A stretch of 64,000 nt of DNA from Vairimorpha necatrix. Taxonomy: Eukaryota. The stretch covers positions 372,001 to 436,000 of the forward strand of contig CP142731.1 in assembly GCA_036630325.1 (NCBI GenBank). Reading direction: 5' to 3'. The notes beneath the pieces are model-generated. The model was not told where the DNA came from. It did no database searches and saw nothing but the letters and a program-made list of their open reading frames with translations. The first letter of the stretch is position 1. Every line of letters begins with the position of its first letter. Positions 13,061 to 25,146 of the stretch are shown here, piece after piece. A program made the position numbers and the translations under genes.

Positions 13061-15343
13061 TTAAACATTGTATTTTATCATCTCTTTTTCTTTCTGTTTC
13101 ACTAATTTATAGTTTTTGTTAGAAAATTTCCTTACGACACAAGCCATACTCGCTGCCAAAACTATTATTAGTATAATCAATAATGATATAATCAATCCGC
13201 AATAAATATTGTAAGAAAGTTCTTTTGACATGGTATCAAGATGAAAAAACTGACTTATATTAAAAGGAACATCATCTAAAGTTGTGGTATTCATAATATC
13301 ATGATTGATAGTAGTATAGGCATTAGTTGTATTATATGTATCAGTACTAGTGATAATTGGCTGCATTTCTTCTGAAAAATTACTAATAGATTTAAGATCA
13401 GAATTATCTGTGCTATATTCAGTAGCCATAGCAATAGGACTATTGGTAGTAGTTATCATAACTTCTGAAGGTTTATTAAAATTAATAGTATCAGAAACAT
13501 TGGCATCCTTAGAAAAACTATCAGAATAATTATAGCCCGTATTATTTTTTAAATTATTAAAAGTATTTTCAGAAGTAGAGCTATTAGTCGGCATATTATT
13601 ATTAATAAAGGTCATAATAGTAGGGCTATTGATGGTAGTAGTCATAATACTGATTCGATCAGTGATAGTATTAAAAGTAGAGCCAATAGTAGCAATATTA
13701 CCACTAGTAGCATAAGAACTGTTTGTGGTTTGAGAAATAATATCAATATCATTAGTATCAAAATTGTTAGAGGGGGTATTTATATTAGTAGTACTATATT
13801 CATTAGTTGTTACGTGTTTATAACTATTAGGAGTGGATACAACTTCGGCCACATTAGATTTTGTAGCAGCATTATTGAATGTAAGAATTTTAGTAGTTGT
13901 TACAATTTCAGGACTTTTCGAAGAGGGTATAACTGCAGGACTATTAGCAATTGTATTTTCATTGTCAATACTAGAAATATTCATAGTTTCTACAACTTTG
14001 GAACCATTATAAATCGATATATCATCGGGTATTTCAGTAATTGCAGCGGTATTATTAATGCTAGGAATATAAGTAGTGGTAGTTAGGTAATTAGGACTAT
14101 CAGAAGTGGAGATATCTTCAGGCACACTAGTAATTATATCGGCATTTTTGATGTTGGGAATATTAGTTATTGTTATAATTTCAGGACTATCAGAAGTGGA
14201 GATATCTTCAGGCACACTAGTAATTATATCGGCATTTTTGATGTTAGGAATATTAGTAGTAGTATTATAAATAGGACTCTTAAAAATTGCAGCGAAGCCT
14301 TCTAAATCTTTTGCAAGCTCAGTGGTGTTAAAAGTAGTGGTATTATTAGTCTTAGACATCATAATACCAGAACTATTTGTAGAACCTATCATTTCATATG
14401 TATCATTAGTTGTAGGCTTCATAACATCATATGCATTAATTTCGGAGCTACTGGTGGTATGAATCATAATATCCTGGTCTTTAGCACCAGAGATATTATC
14501 TAGGTCATTTGCCACAGTAGTTATCACTATATTTCTTTCCGTAGGTGTAGTCATATTACTGATCTTTTTAACAGTAAAAGGTGTTTTTATACTATTAGAA
14601 GAAACATCAGATTTTGAATCGTAAATTATGACAATAGAACTATTATTAGTTGTTACTCTCATTTTATCAGAATAAAAATTTATATCAATGCATTTATCAG
14701 ATGATAAAAACTCTTTGTTCTCTTGTAAAGTTTTGTTAAAATTTTTAATGTTTTTTCTTTGACATTTTCGATAATGTTCTAAAAGCTTATCGCACTTCCT
14801 ATAATAGACTGATGGTATTTTATCGCTATCATCATATTTTAAACATAAATTTTTGTTAATAATTTTTCGGATATCGTCTTTTTGAAATAACGATTTAGAA
14901 ATAGATTTCTTATGGCATAAATTTAGCGACCTGAAATTCTCCAATGTCATATTAATCATCTGATCAATAAATGTACTTTCTGCTTTGCTTAATTTTGATG
15001 TTGTATTCGGTATATCATTTGTACTAAATTTTTTTTTAATTTTAATTAGATAAACTTTTTGTAAATGTTGTTTTCTTATATTAAAATTTTTTAATAAGTT
15101 ATTATTTTTTAAGATTAAAATGAAAGACTTATTACTAATCAACGTCTGCCATACAAACCTTCCAAAAATTTCAACAGCTTCCATTGAAAGGTTGGTTTCT
15201 TTCACATTGTTATCTAATATGTTGCAATATTCATCTTTACTAATATTTTGGATATCATTTAACAAACTTGTCGTGTCGTGGCTTGTTGTTATTACAACAG
15301 TAATTAAATTTAACAACTTTGAATAAGAAAATAACGACCTCAT
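13061..15343 (-). CDS. Mucin-like S/T/N-rich type I membrane protein (760 aa) with 30-aa internal repeats
   Basis: Hydrophobic N-terminus, long Thr/Ser-rich region, C-terminal TM helix (GLIISLLIILIIVLAASMACVV) then a basic tail; CCCC motif before ATG. Confidence 0.85.
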   Translation of the reverse strand: MRSLFSYSKLLNLITVVITTSHDTTSLLNDIQNISKDEYCNILDNNVKETNLSMEAVEIFGRFVWQTLISNKSFILILKNNNLLKNFNIRKQHLQKVYLIKIKKKFSTNDIPNTTSKLSKAESTFIDQMINMTLENFRSLNLCHKKSISKSLFQKDDIRKIINKNLCLKYDDSDKIPSVYYRKCDKLLEHYRKCQRKNIKNFNKTLQENKEFLSSDKCIDINFYSDKMRVTTNNSSIVIIYDSKSDVSSNSIKTPFTVKKISNMTTPTERNIVITTVANDLDNISGAKDQDIMIHTTSSSEINAYDVMKPTTNDTYEMIGSTNSSGIMMSKTNNTTTFNTTELAKDLEGFAAIFKSPIYNTTTNIPNIKNADIITSVPEDISTSDSPEIITITNIPNIKNADIITSVPEDISTSDSPNYLTTTTYIPSINNTAAITEIPDDISIYNGSKVVETMNISSIDNENTIANSPAVIPSSKSPEIVTTTKILTFNNAATKSNVAEVVSTPNSYKHVTTNEYSTTNINTPSNNFDTNDIDIISQTTNSSYATSGNIATIGSTFNTITDRISIMTTTINSPTIMTFINNNMPTNSSTSENTFNNLKNNTGYNYSDSFSKDANVSDTINFNKPSEVMITTTNSPIAMATEYSTDNSDLKSISNFSEEMQPIITSTDTYNTTNAYTTINHDIMNTTTLDDVPFNISQFFHLDTMSKELSYNIYCGLIISLLIILIIVLAASMACVVRKFSNKNYKLVKQKEKEMIKYNV

Positions 15344-15374
15344 TATATGGGGTTTTAAGAAAGTAAAAAATATT

Positions 15375-16395
15375 GGCTAAAGTAAGCATTAGCTACAAAA
15401 AATCGATATAGGGTTTTTTTGTTTTTTTTTGCCCCTTTTTTTTAAAAATGGAGGAAAGAAAATGATGAGGAAGGAACAAAAATAAAAACTAGAATAAATA
15501 TTTTAATAAATCTTCAAACACTGGAGTTGTGGAGTTTCTTTGGATTTTATATCTAAATAAATAAAGTTTAGTGCTATTCGATGATCTGTTTCTATTTGGT
15601 ATAGAATGGTTTTGAGATAACCAAATACTTTCTATGGTATTGGTATGTACTCCTGTAAGTGGGTCTCTAAAGTGTAGAGAATGATTTAACATTTGATGTT
15701 GGTTTAATATAAAGCCTAAATTACGGTAGGCTCTCCACATATCGCTATAAATTATACTATTTCTGTCTACATATTTTAACAAAAGATTAGTTAGCGTTAT
15801 TTGGTCTTTTTTCTTAATATATATATAAATATAATTCGGCGGTGTATGGTACGTTCGACCATAACAAAACACCAGAAACCTTTCACAATTCTACCTCTAT
15901 TATTCTTATTCTTGCCAATCTTCGTCTCGTCGATTTCCACTATAGTATCATCGCCCCCAAGAGTCCCTATACTAGATAAATACTTATCATAAAGACTCAT
16001 TTCTTTTACTTTTTTAGCACGAAAGATATAGAAGGTTTAGTACAACCTAAAACATGAGAAATGGACTTACGCGAATAACCTAGAATCAATATATTTAGTA
16101 TTTGTAATATTGTACTTTAATTTAGCCTAGGATCCTGAAAGAAAGTTTCATTCCAAATCGAAGTTGTGTGTTTACATGAGCTCCATGGACACCTTATGAA
16201 CTTCTTTGCTCCACACCTTGCTTCGTTTTTCGGTTACAGACGCTACAAATTTTATTTTGTTTCTTAATTATTAGATCATTATATATGATCTCCAATTCTT
16301 CTCTTGTCCGAATTCTTTCCTCCATTTTTAAAAAAAAGGGGCAAAAAAACAAAAAACCCTATATCGATTTTTTGTAGCTAATGCTTACTTTAGCC
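15375..16395 (-). mobile_element. Merlin DNA transposon, disrupted transposase; related to 54389-55412
   Basis: ~85-bp TIRs starting GGCTAAAGTAAGCATTAGC; IVEIDET, IYSDMWRAY, HTNTIE. Both flanks share AATATT; an 8-bp TSD is not exact. Confidence 0.93.
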
Positions 16396-17299
16396 AATAT
16401 TTTTTCGAAAAAGACAAACAAAAATATTTTATTGATCAAAATTTTGAAATATCAAAACAAATTGTGAGAATATACGTCAAATTTGTGTTCTAATATGTAA
16501 ATTGTTGCAATTTGTTTACGAATCTGGGTGTTCTAAGCTATATTTGTGCCGAGCGTTCTGCAACTAATTTTAATTTGAATGATATTATCTACAATATTTA
16601 GTCCATAGATAAAAACTTAGTTCTATTTGCTGTTTTGTGTATATGAAGCCCGTATTCGTTTGTTTTTGAGCTACTTTTTGTTTTAAAGTGAATTTATTCA
16701 TGGTATCCGCCCATATTTACACAATTAAAATTCTTAAAGATTAAATGTATCGAACAAATCAATTTTAAATTAAACATTATTCTGTTTTTTCCGTTCCGTT
16801 GGTTATTGATTATTTTGTAACGCCGCTTATACATATTAAATTTACTTTTTTAATTGTTGAATGCATGCGTGTTCTGTTTGTTATATTTTAAAATTGCCAG
16901 GTTTGATCCTATACTACATGTTTATTTACAATTTTTCCTGATAAAAATGATATTTTATTAAAAATTGTTTGTAACATTAAAATCAACAAATGTAAAAACT
17001 TACATAAATTTAGCAAATAAAATCCATAGATTTTAGTTTGTAACAAGATTTATTCAATTTTGATTTACATTAGGTAAAAAAATTAATATTTTATGTACTT
17101 ATCTTATAAATTTTTAAAATATTTCAAAATTTTATTTTTGGGACAGGATCAAAATACTTACCTAGATTCGAAATGGAAATGGGCCTCATAAGTATGTTCT
17201 GAATTAAATCATAAAACATTATATGTGTTTTTAATAGCATATAAGACGGTCAGCGACACTTAAAGTAAAAGTGAGGAGAAAATTTAACTCGCTTACAAT

Positions 17300-18360
17300 C
17301 AACGAGTATCTAAGGATTAGGTATAGTTTTGTAGAAGAGATAACTCAACAGATGCTAAAGAATCGTAGAGAGAAGTGCTGTACAACAACATCGACAAATC
17401 AATAAACTAGTCAAGAATGTTTAAAGATAGTGGTAGTGTTTTAGTAAGCATTGGGAACCCTTCTACCTGTCTGGTCGAAGAAACAATCAAGCTAGCTTCG
17501 AAGTAATTCATTGTTTACTAAGATAGAAATATTTTCTAAGGAAAAGAAAGCCAATGTCCTCATTGTGGATCTCATAGGAAGATCGTGGATCGTATAGCTC
17601 TCAAGTGTTATCGAATGTTGGGGTTGATTATATGAAAAGACATAACGAGGTAGTTAGAAGCATTCATTTCTTAGTATGTATTATATATGGGTTTAAGAAG
17701 ACAAAGAAAATACGTGGACACTCAGTACAAGAGATCATGGAAAATGATCGTGCAGAAATATGAGTAGATACAGAATATCCACCAATATAAAGTTGACATA
17801 TAATAAGCCTGATATTCTTGTGTTTGACAAGAAGAAGAAAGAAATTTTAATAGTTGAGGTTGGTATAACTAACCAGGATCGACTTACTATAGTTGAGAAT
17901 GAAAAACTAAGAAAATATAATTTCTTGCAAATGAATTAGGACTAATACACAAATCCACAAAAAATAGTTTCTTTATGTAATGACATAATATGTTGGTAAC
18001 CAAATATCACAGAAAGTACATCAGGGAGCTGGAAATCCTAACCTACCTTGAAGCATATATTTAGTCTATTGTGATGAATTAGACTCTAGAGTCCATCTCT
18101 TTGGAACGACGACGAGGATACGATCAGGAAGATGCAGGAGAAGAAGAAGTGGCTAGAGCTGTAAGCGCACTAGCGAATATGGTGACTGTTAAAGAAGTGG
18201 TGTCGGCAAAGGGGAATGAAGCAGCTAAAGTGAAGTTGGAAAACATTAATAATTCCACAGAAACCAAAGTCTGTGAAGAGCCGAATCACATGAGCGATAT
18301 CGGGGAAAGCTGGTCTATATATATCCAATCTTAATGATAAATTAACATAATAAATCATTT
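17300..18360 (+). mobile_element. Degenerate 5'-truncated R4/Dong-like non-LTR retrotransposon
   Basis: Collinear with ~28360-29405 (CCHC, KPDILV, MERRRG...AVSALANM 3' region); many indels and stops. Confidence 0.88.
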
Positions 18361-19882
18361 CTTACTTATTGCTTGATTTTATTCTATAATTTCGAATTAA
18401 TGATTGAGACATTTCTGTATGCCTTATAACGCTCAAATTCTCTTATCGCCCAAAATAGAAGTGATGGATTTTCAGAGTTGTAGATGTTTCAGAATGTATT
18501 TCAAGGAGTTAGTTTTTTGATCTTCTTTCATAGCCTTCGTTTTAAACGATATTAAACGTTTTTATATGTGGTTTTATTTATAATCATATTCATAAAAATA
18601 CTACGTATAAATTTATTTATGAAACATTTACCATCATTTATATGTTCCACGCCGTTTTATTAAATGAATCAAATAAAAAATTTTCTTATGGTTTAGTAAC
18701 AAATTTATATATATGATTCATAATAATTCATATACGAGAAATTTGACAACTTAAAATAAATCTTTTGTTTATTACAATTTATTATATTAAAATGAAAGTT
18801 TTTTTTTTTTGAAATATCAAAGTACATAACCCCCCTATTTTTTACTTTATTCATAAGGATATCTGTAATTTCATTGGTTTTTATTGTAATTGTAAAAAAA
18901 ATTCAAATGGAAAATTTATAATATTATCATAATTGAAGTCGCACAAAATTCAAATTATAGCGAATTTGTACATAATAAATTAATTTTATCATTTTCTGCC
19001 CGCAAAAATACAAGTATATCATGGTAATTTATTTTCGGAAATTCTTATTATATATTTAGAGATTACGTTTTTAGCTTAAAAAGCTTTAATGAAAATTGTG
19101 GAAAATTAAAACAAATTTTCCTCTTAATATTGTAATCTAAAAATCTTCATAATAAAATAAGAAATGATAGGAAATGATGAACAAAAATTTTGAAATAACC
19201 ATATTAAATGTCAAAAACGAATATATTTTGGGAGCACAAATTATTTATAAAACCAATTAAAATTATTTTTAACTATCGTATGATTTCTCGGTTTGTATAT
19301 TGATGTTCGTTTTATATATAAAAAACAAACTTGAGTTTTATATTTTAAAGATATAAAATAAGAAAATTGATTCTTTAAAATCAAAGAATTTCTAATGCGA
19401 AATGATTAAAATAATTAAACTGTTTTGTATTTGAAAATAACTAGATCTAAATTTTTTGTTTGTCTTAAGGTTCTATTTTCAGCAATTTATTTTTTAATTT
19501 AGAGGATTAAACGTTTGTACAATTGTTTTTATTTCTTTGGATATTTTAAATTATCTTTGATAGAATAAATAACCAAAAATAAGAGTTTTTACACTAAGAT
19601 TAGGCAATCATAAAAGAAAGTTTAGATGGGTATGTATTTAATCTATAATTTACAAACGTTATTGATACAATTGGTAGATATTTCATAAAACTATGAATGA
19701 GAGCGTCAAAAAATCACATAAATACTTTTTACACATTCATTAAAAAGTAAAATAAAGTAGTGTGCTTAGGTATATAATATCTTTTGGTGTGTACATATAT
19801 AATTAAATGTGCATGATAAAAAATAATGTGGTTCTAGAGACTACTAGTATTTTAAGGATAATCGAAATACCGTATTAGTTTT

Positions 19883-20500
19883 TTATTTATTATGGATGTT
19901 TTTGTCGATCAAAGCATTTTGCAATATTTTGACACAATTACTCAAAGATTTGATGTGGTCATTTTGTTCGACAACATAGTTACAAACCTTTTGCAAGTCT
20001 TGTAGAGAGTTATGATCAAAATTATGGTTTTTTTCATCCTTTAACTCGTTAAAAAATCTTAAAAAATCTATACTATATTCTTTAACTTTCAAAATATATT
20101 CTTCAAATGTTTGTAAAAAGTTATATATTTCTTGTAAACTCTTTTGATCTTTAATCATAGAAATATTTTTTTTTTTCAATTTTTGTACAGTCTGGTTCAA
20201 ATACCATTTCCCTGCATCATTATACAGCTTAATTTTTAAACTTTTAATAATAGATGTCAAATCTGAACTAGATTTTTGTGTTGAAGAATCTTGTCTTTTT
20301 GATTTTAAATTTTTATAAGATTTGATTTTAAGAATAGATAAAGAATGATTGTTATTATAGTAAGTTAAATCTTTGATCAATATCAATACAAAAGATAAAT
20401 TGCAATTAAATTCATTAGAATCGTGATTTTCAATGGTTTTTCTTTCACATCTCACGTTACTTCTGTATACTCCTAAAGTTAGCAAATAAACCAAATTCAT
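19883..20500 (-). CDS. Hypothetical protein, probably secreted (205 aa)
   Basis: Open ORF, CCCC immediately before ATG, short hydrophobic N-terminus. Confidence 0.7.
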   Translation of the reverse strand: MNLVYLLTLGVYRSNVRCERKTIENHDSNEFNCNLSFVLILIKDLTYYNNNHSLSILKIKSYKNLKSKRQDSSTQKSSSDLTSIIKSLKIKLYNDAGKWYLNQTVQKLKKKNISMIKDQKSLQEIYNFLQTFEEYILKVKEYSIDFLRFFNELKDEKNHNFDHNSLQDLQKVCNYVVEQNDHIKSLSNCVKILQNALIDKNIHNK

Positions 20501-21723
20501 TGGGGTATAAAAAAATATAAATTTGAATTCTAATTTTTATATTTTAGGGACGAAAACTATTATAAAGAATCTTCTATTATTTTATTATATATTTGAGTGT
20601 CAAATTGCAAATGACAATAAATTAAAAGGTGAAATATTTGACAGGCACGGAACTACACAGATAAAGGCATGTCTGTAATATGTAATTATGAGAAATATTG
20701 CTACTAAAGATTTAAACATTTAAGTATTTGGGAGCTAATTTTTTTAATGCTTTTAACATAAAGAATTTGATCCATAATTATGCGCCTCCTAAAGCTTTAC
20801 AAAATCGAAATCTATCCTAAATTTTTTAGAAACACTTTAAAAAAAAAAAAAAAATTTTGGGGAAAAAGCAAAATCATTTCTTAGTTTTTACTTGTTTTTT
20901 GGCTAAGATGTAAGAAAGTAGGAATTAATAACGATTGCATATAGAAGTTTTACTGAGTTACAAACAGTCAATCAATTTTGTTTATGGAAAGACAATAATT
21001 GATTTTAGAGCAGAACAATATGTATCTCGAAATAACTACCAATGGAATCACAGAACTAACGGCAAGGCTAAAAGTAGGTTTATATATATTAAATATCCTA
21101 CATAAGAATTCATCTATAAGTCTAAGCCGATTTTATAAAATTGATTAAGGTTAAAATGTGTATTTGCGACAAAAAAATTGTAGCCAATATGCAAACAAGT
21201 TTATGTTGTAAATGAAAAGAAATCTATGGTTAAAAATTTTCGGAATATTTTTCATATAAAGATAGCTCAATTAACTAACTCGGGCTTAGAATAATTGTAT
21301 TCAAATCGCTTGTAGAGAATTATACTCCTGATTTGAAAGTATTCTTTTATCACAACTCTATGATGAATATAAATAGTTATTGAATGTAGAATTTGTTACG
21401 AAATAGTGCTTAACGACTTATTGAGTGATAAAATGCATAATTTATTAAGACTTTTAGACATTTGTAGCTTATTCATACTTCTTATTGGAAAGGCAGTAAT
21501 ATTTTGATCAAATAGTTATCATTTTTTATCTAAAGTTTAAAAAAACTTGTAAGATGGAAAGATTTGTGTTTAAGTTCACAAGCCGATAGAAAAATGCATT
21601 TAAACTAGAAATTGTGGATATTAATACTCTATGTGCATTTTTATTGTATACATACATAAATAAGAAGAATTTGTCGGACTGTATAGTAATATTAAAATAT
21701 AAAAACAAGATAAACAATATTCC

Positions 21724-22537
21724 GGAGGTGGGGTACCACAGATTCCCCCTTTTGGGTGTGTTCACTTTATTTTTTTGCTCACCAAAAACGAAGTGCAAAA
21801 TAAAGGAGGAGCAGGAAGGAGACAAAAATTACTAAGCACTTATGACATTAAAAACAATAAATATATATTTATGTACACAATTATATTTTAATACACGTTT
21901 TTACAATAATATAAACTAATAAGCATTTTTGCCCTTCTGATTTTTTAGAATTGGAGACCAAAACGCCCCCCTCGGAGGGTGTTCACTTTATTTATTATAA
22001 CCCCCAAAAGAAAGTGCAAAATAAAGGAGAAGCAATCATTATCACCTAAAATACTTGCATCTTTGACAGTAGAAATACCAAATAAATATATATTTGTATG
22101 CGAAATTTAATTGAAAAAAAGTATATAACCATAAACCAACAATTAAAATATAAACAACGTTTATATAAGAAAAATTAGATTTTTTGATTTAACAATCTAT
22201 ATAGATCGTTTATTCATTTAATTTTTCTTATATAAACGTTATTTATATTTTAATTGTTAGTTTATTATAAAAAAAGATTTTCTTCAAAATCTACTTTTAT
22301 AATAAACTAAAAATGAAAAATATGAGGGCAAAAAAGATACAATACCATAAATGATTATTATAACTAAATCAGAAATTAATTTTCGTTTAAGCATAAATTT
22401 TTTTTTTGTTTTTAATGTCATAAGTGCTTAGTAATTTTTGTCCCTTTCTTGCCCCTCTTTTTTTTACACTTCAATTTTGGGGTTCGAAAAAAAAATCGAA
22501 GCTTCAAAAGTGGGATCTAATGTATCCTTCCCCCCCC
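21724..22537. mobile_element. Non-autonomous foldback/MITE, probably Merlin-related
   Basis: GG...CC ends and imperfect ~140-bp TIRs (core GACAAAAATTACTAAGCACTTATGACATTAAAAACAA inverted at ~22407-22443). Near-perfect 8-bp TSD AATATTCC/AATTTTCC. Nested internal palindromes. Confidence 0.7.
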
Positions 22538-25146
22538 AATTTTCCTATATAATTGTTAAGCACATTATAGAATTTTTGACTAGTCGAAATTACTATTGTT
22601 TTAGCTATTAACGCCGGTGAAAAGTTATATGATTATGAGGAAAATAGTATAAATGTGGCATATTAGCTCTTTAATTTTGCATATCTGACTTGATAGATTC
22701 ATCAATTGGTGTTGTTACCATCATGCATCTTTTACCTTGATACGTTTATGTTCTTTGAACATTTGCCCATTGATCTTCTGCATATAGAAGAAAGTGGAAT
22801 ATATATAGAAAAATAAGTATTAAAGGTTTAGATACTCGACAATACTCATATTTCGTATTTCTATAATAATCGTACAATTTTTTGCCTAAAAATACATAAA
22901 CATTAAATATAGTTACTTACATTACACAAACATTATACATTTGATTTGAAAAGGATGTACAAAAAATTAAAAAAACTTTCCATTTATAAGACATCAAACT
23001 TCAGTTCTAAGATTGGCGGTACCATACAAATGTTCTAAAACATTTCATTCTTTTTTTTTCGACATGCACATCAAAGATACAAAAGAAAAATTACCTACCA
23101 AAATAAAGGGGTTTAGTTCCGTCGTTAAAAATAATGTATTTAATTTTAAATTCATATTTTTTTCTTGTGAATGACCCTTTGCAACCCATATCGAAAATTT
23201 AAAAAAAAACTATGTAGAATATACTTAACGATTTATTATAAAAAAATGATTGATACTGTGGTATTATTTACCACATTATTTTATTTTTATTTATTTCCCT
23301 CCAAATGAATTTTCTAGAAAATATTTTACTATAAATATACTTCATTTTACTTTGCCCCAATTTTTGGAAGATGAGAAGAACTGGAAACAAAGACAGATAT
23401 AATGACATCGGGATGGCCTCTCATACCTTACCCCCTCACATGAGGAACCAAACTAGCCTACGGGGGAAAACAATAAACACAATTTAAATAAAAATATTGT
23501 CAATTGCTTTATTCGAATTTTCCATGCCCTCTTTTAAATGGTTTTTTAGTTTAAGTAGCCAATCAAATACGTCTATTTGTCGAAAGATGATTGGCTGGAC
23601 CTGATGGGCTACGACAGTCTTACGATTGGAAAAGCCCTAAAATAAAAATTATAGTATTAAGTTTTAAGACAAAAATACTCATAGGAGCAGAGGACACTAA
23701 TAGGATTTCAAGCATACGAATGCTTTAGAACAAGTCGTACCTTGATTAGCACACAATTGTAACAAAGATAATGTTTTTAACTTAAAGTACAAATTTGACA
23801 AATTTGTAATTTAAAAAATTAAAATCTGAAAATTTTTATTTCATTAAAATTATTTTATTATTACATTTTCGGTTTATTTAATGTCAATTAGTTATTTTTG
23901 CAAAGTTCTAATTCTATACTTAGTTCTATGATTCCTAGTTTCTAAGAATAATGTGCAAAAATAACTAGAACTATATATGCAAAAAACACATTTTCATACT
24001 ATATGTTCAAAACCGTCAAAACCCATTTGCAACCAAAGTCGTATTTGTGATATTTTACTTTTTGTAGTAGATTGTACTAATGCTTTAAAGACATTACATC
24101 TCTAAGTCGATTATAATATTTTTTTCTTCTAAATGCTTTTGTGGGGTTATTGAATGTCTCAAAAGGAAAATGAGTAGAATACATATTTATAATATATATA
24201 TAAGATATGAAACATAAAGTAAGTTGATCGTGGTTCGAATTTTATCGGAGTGGCACAAGCGCAAAGTCCGTAACTTATATTGACTTTTATTCGAGTTCAG
24301 AGAAATCTTTGGTTTAGTATCAAACTCATGTTTAATCTTAGTGTTTTTATATGTACAAAATGTTTTTTTCGAATGCGAATTGCTCATCAATTGTTCTGAT
24401 TTGTATAGATTAGAAATTATAAAAAAAATCATTTATGCGGCATTTAAACTAAACTGCGTTAAATTTAGTTTGATTAATTTTAATTTATTTTCCTATATAT
24501 CCTATGATATTGTATCTTTTTTTAATAAATATTTAGATTTGGAGTTAGCTCGTTTCTAAAATTTAAAAAGAAAGTTTAAAGTTTTGACATGTGCAATTGA
24601 ACTATTTTTTATTCAACTGGACATAAATGTCATTTTTTTTGGCAAAGACTGCACATAAACACGCCTTACAACTTCTTTTGACAAGAATTTGAGGAGAAAT
24701 ATAAATCAGAAAATATTTAGAATAGACGGCCCGAAGCTTATAGTAAAGCTTTATATAAAAATTATCCTTATTTTAATGCCAAATTAAAAATTTTCTAATG
24801 TGAATCCTAAAAAAGCAACAGAAAATCTTCATATAATATCATGTCAATAAATATGCTCTAATAATGGTCTTATTAATTGTTAGTTTTGGTATTTAACAAA
24901 CATAAACTCGTTTTTAGTAGTACGAGCTAAAATTTAAAAAAAAATTTATTTTCATTTTTGTACCCGTCAAATAAAACATCCAATCTAATGAGCTGTCATT
25001 GTCATCTGAGTGTTTGACGTCTGTCAAGTTTGACTTTAAGTCCATGGTTAAGTATTATACTTGACTATTCTAATTTACATATAAAACTTTTCATTCTATT
25101 TTTGTTGTTTATATTTTATATTTAAAAAATTTATTTTTTACCCTAT

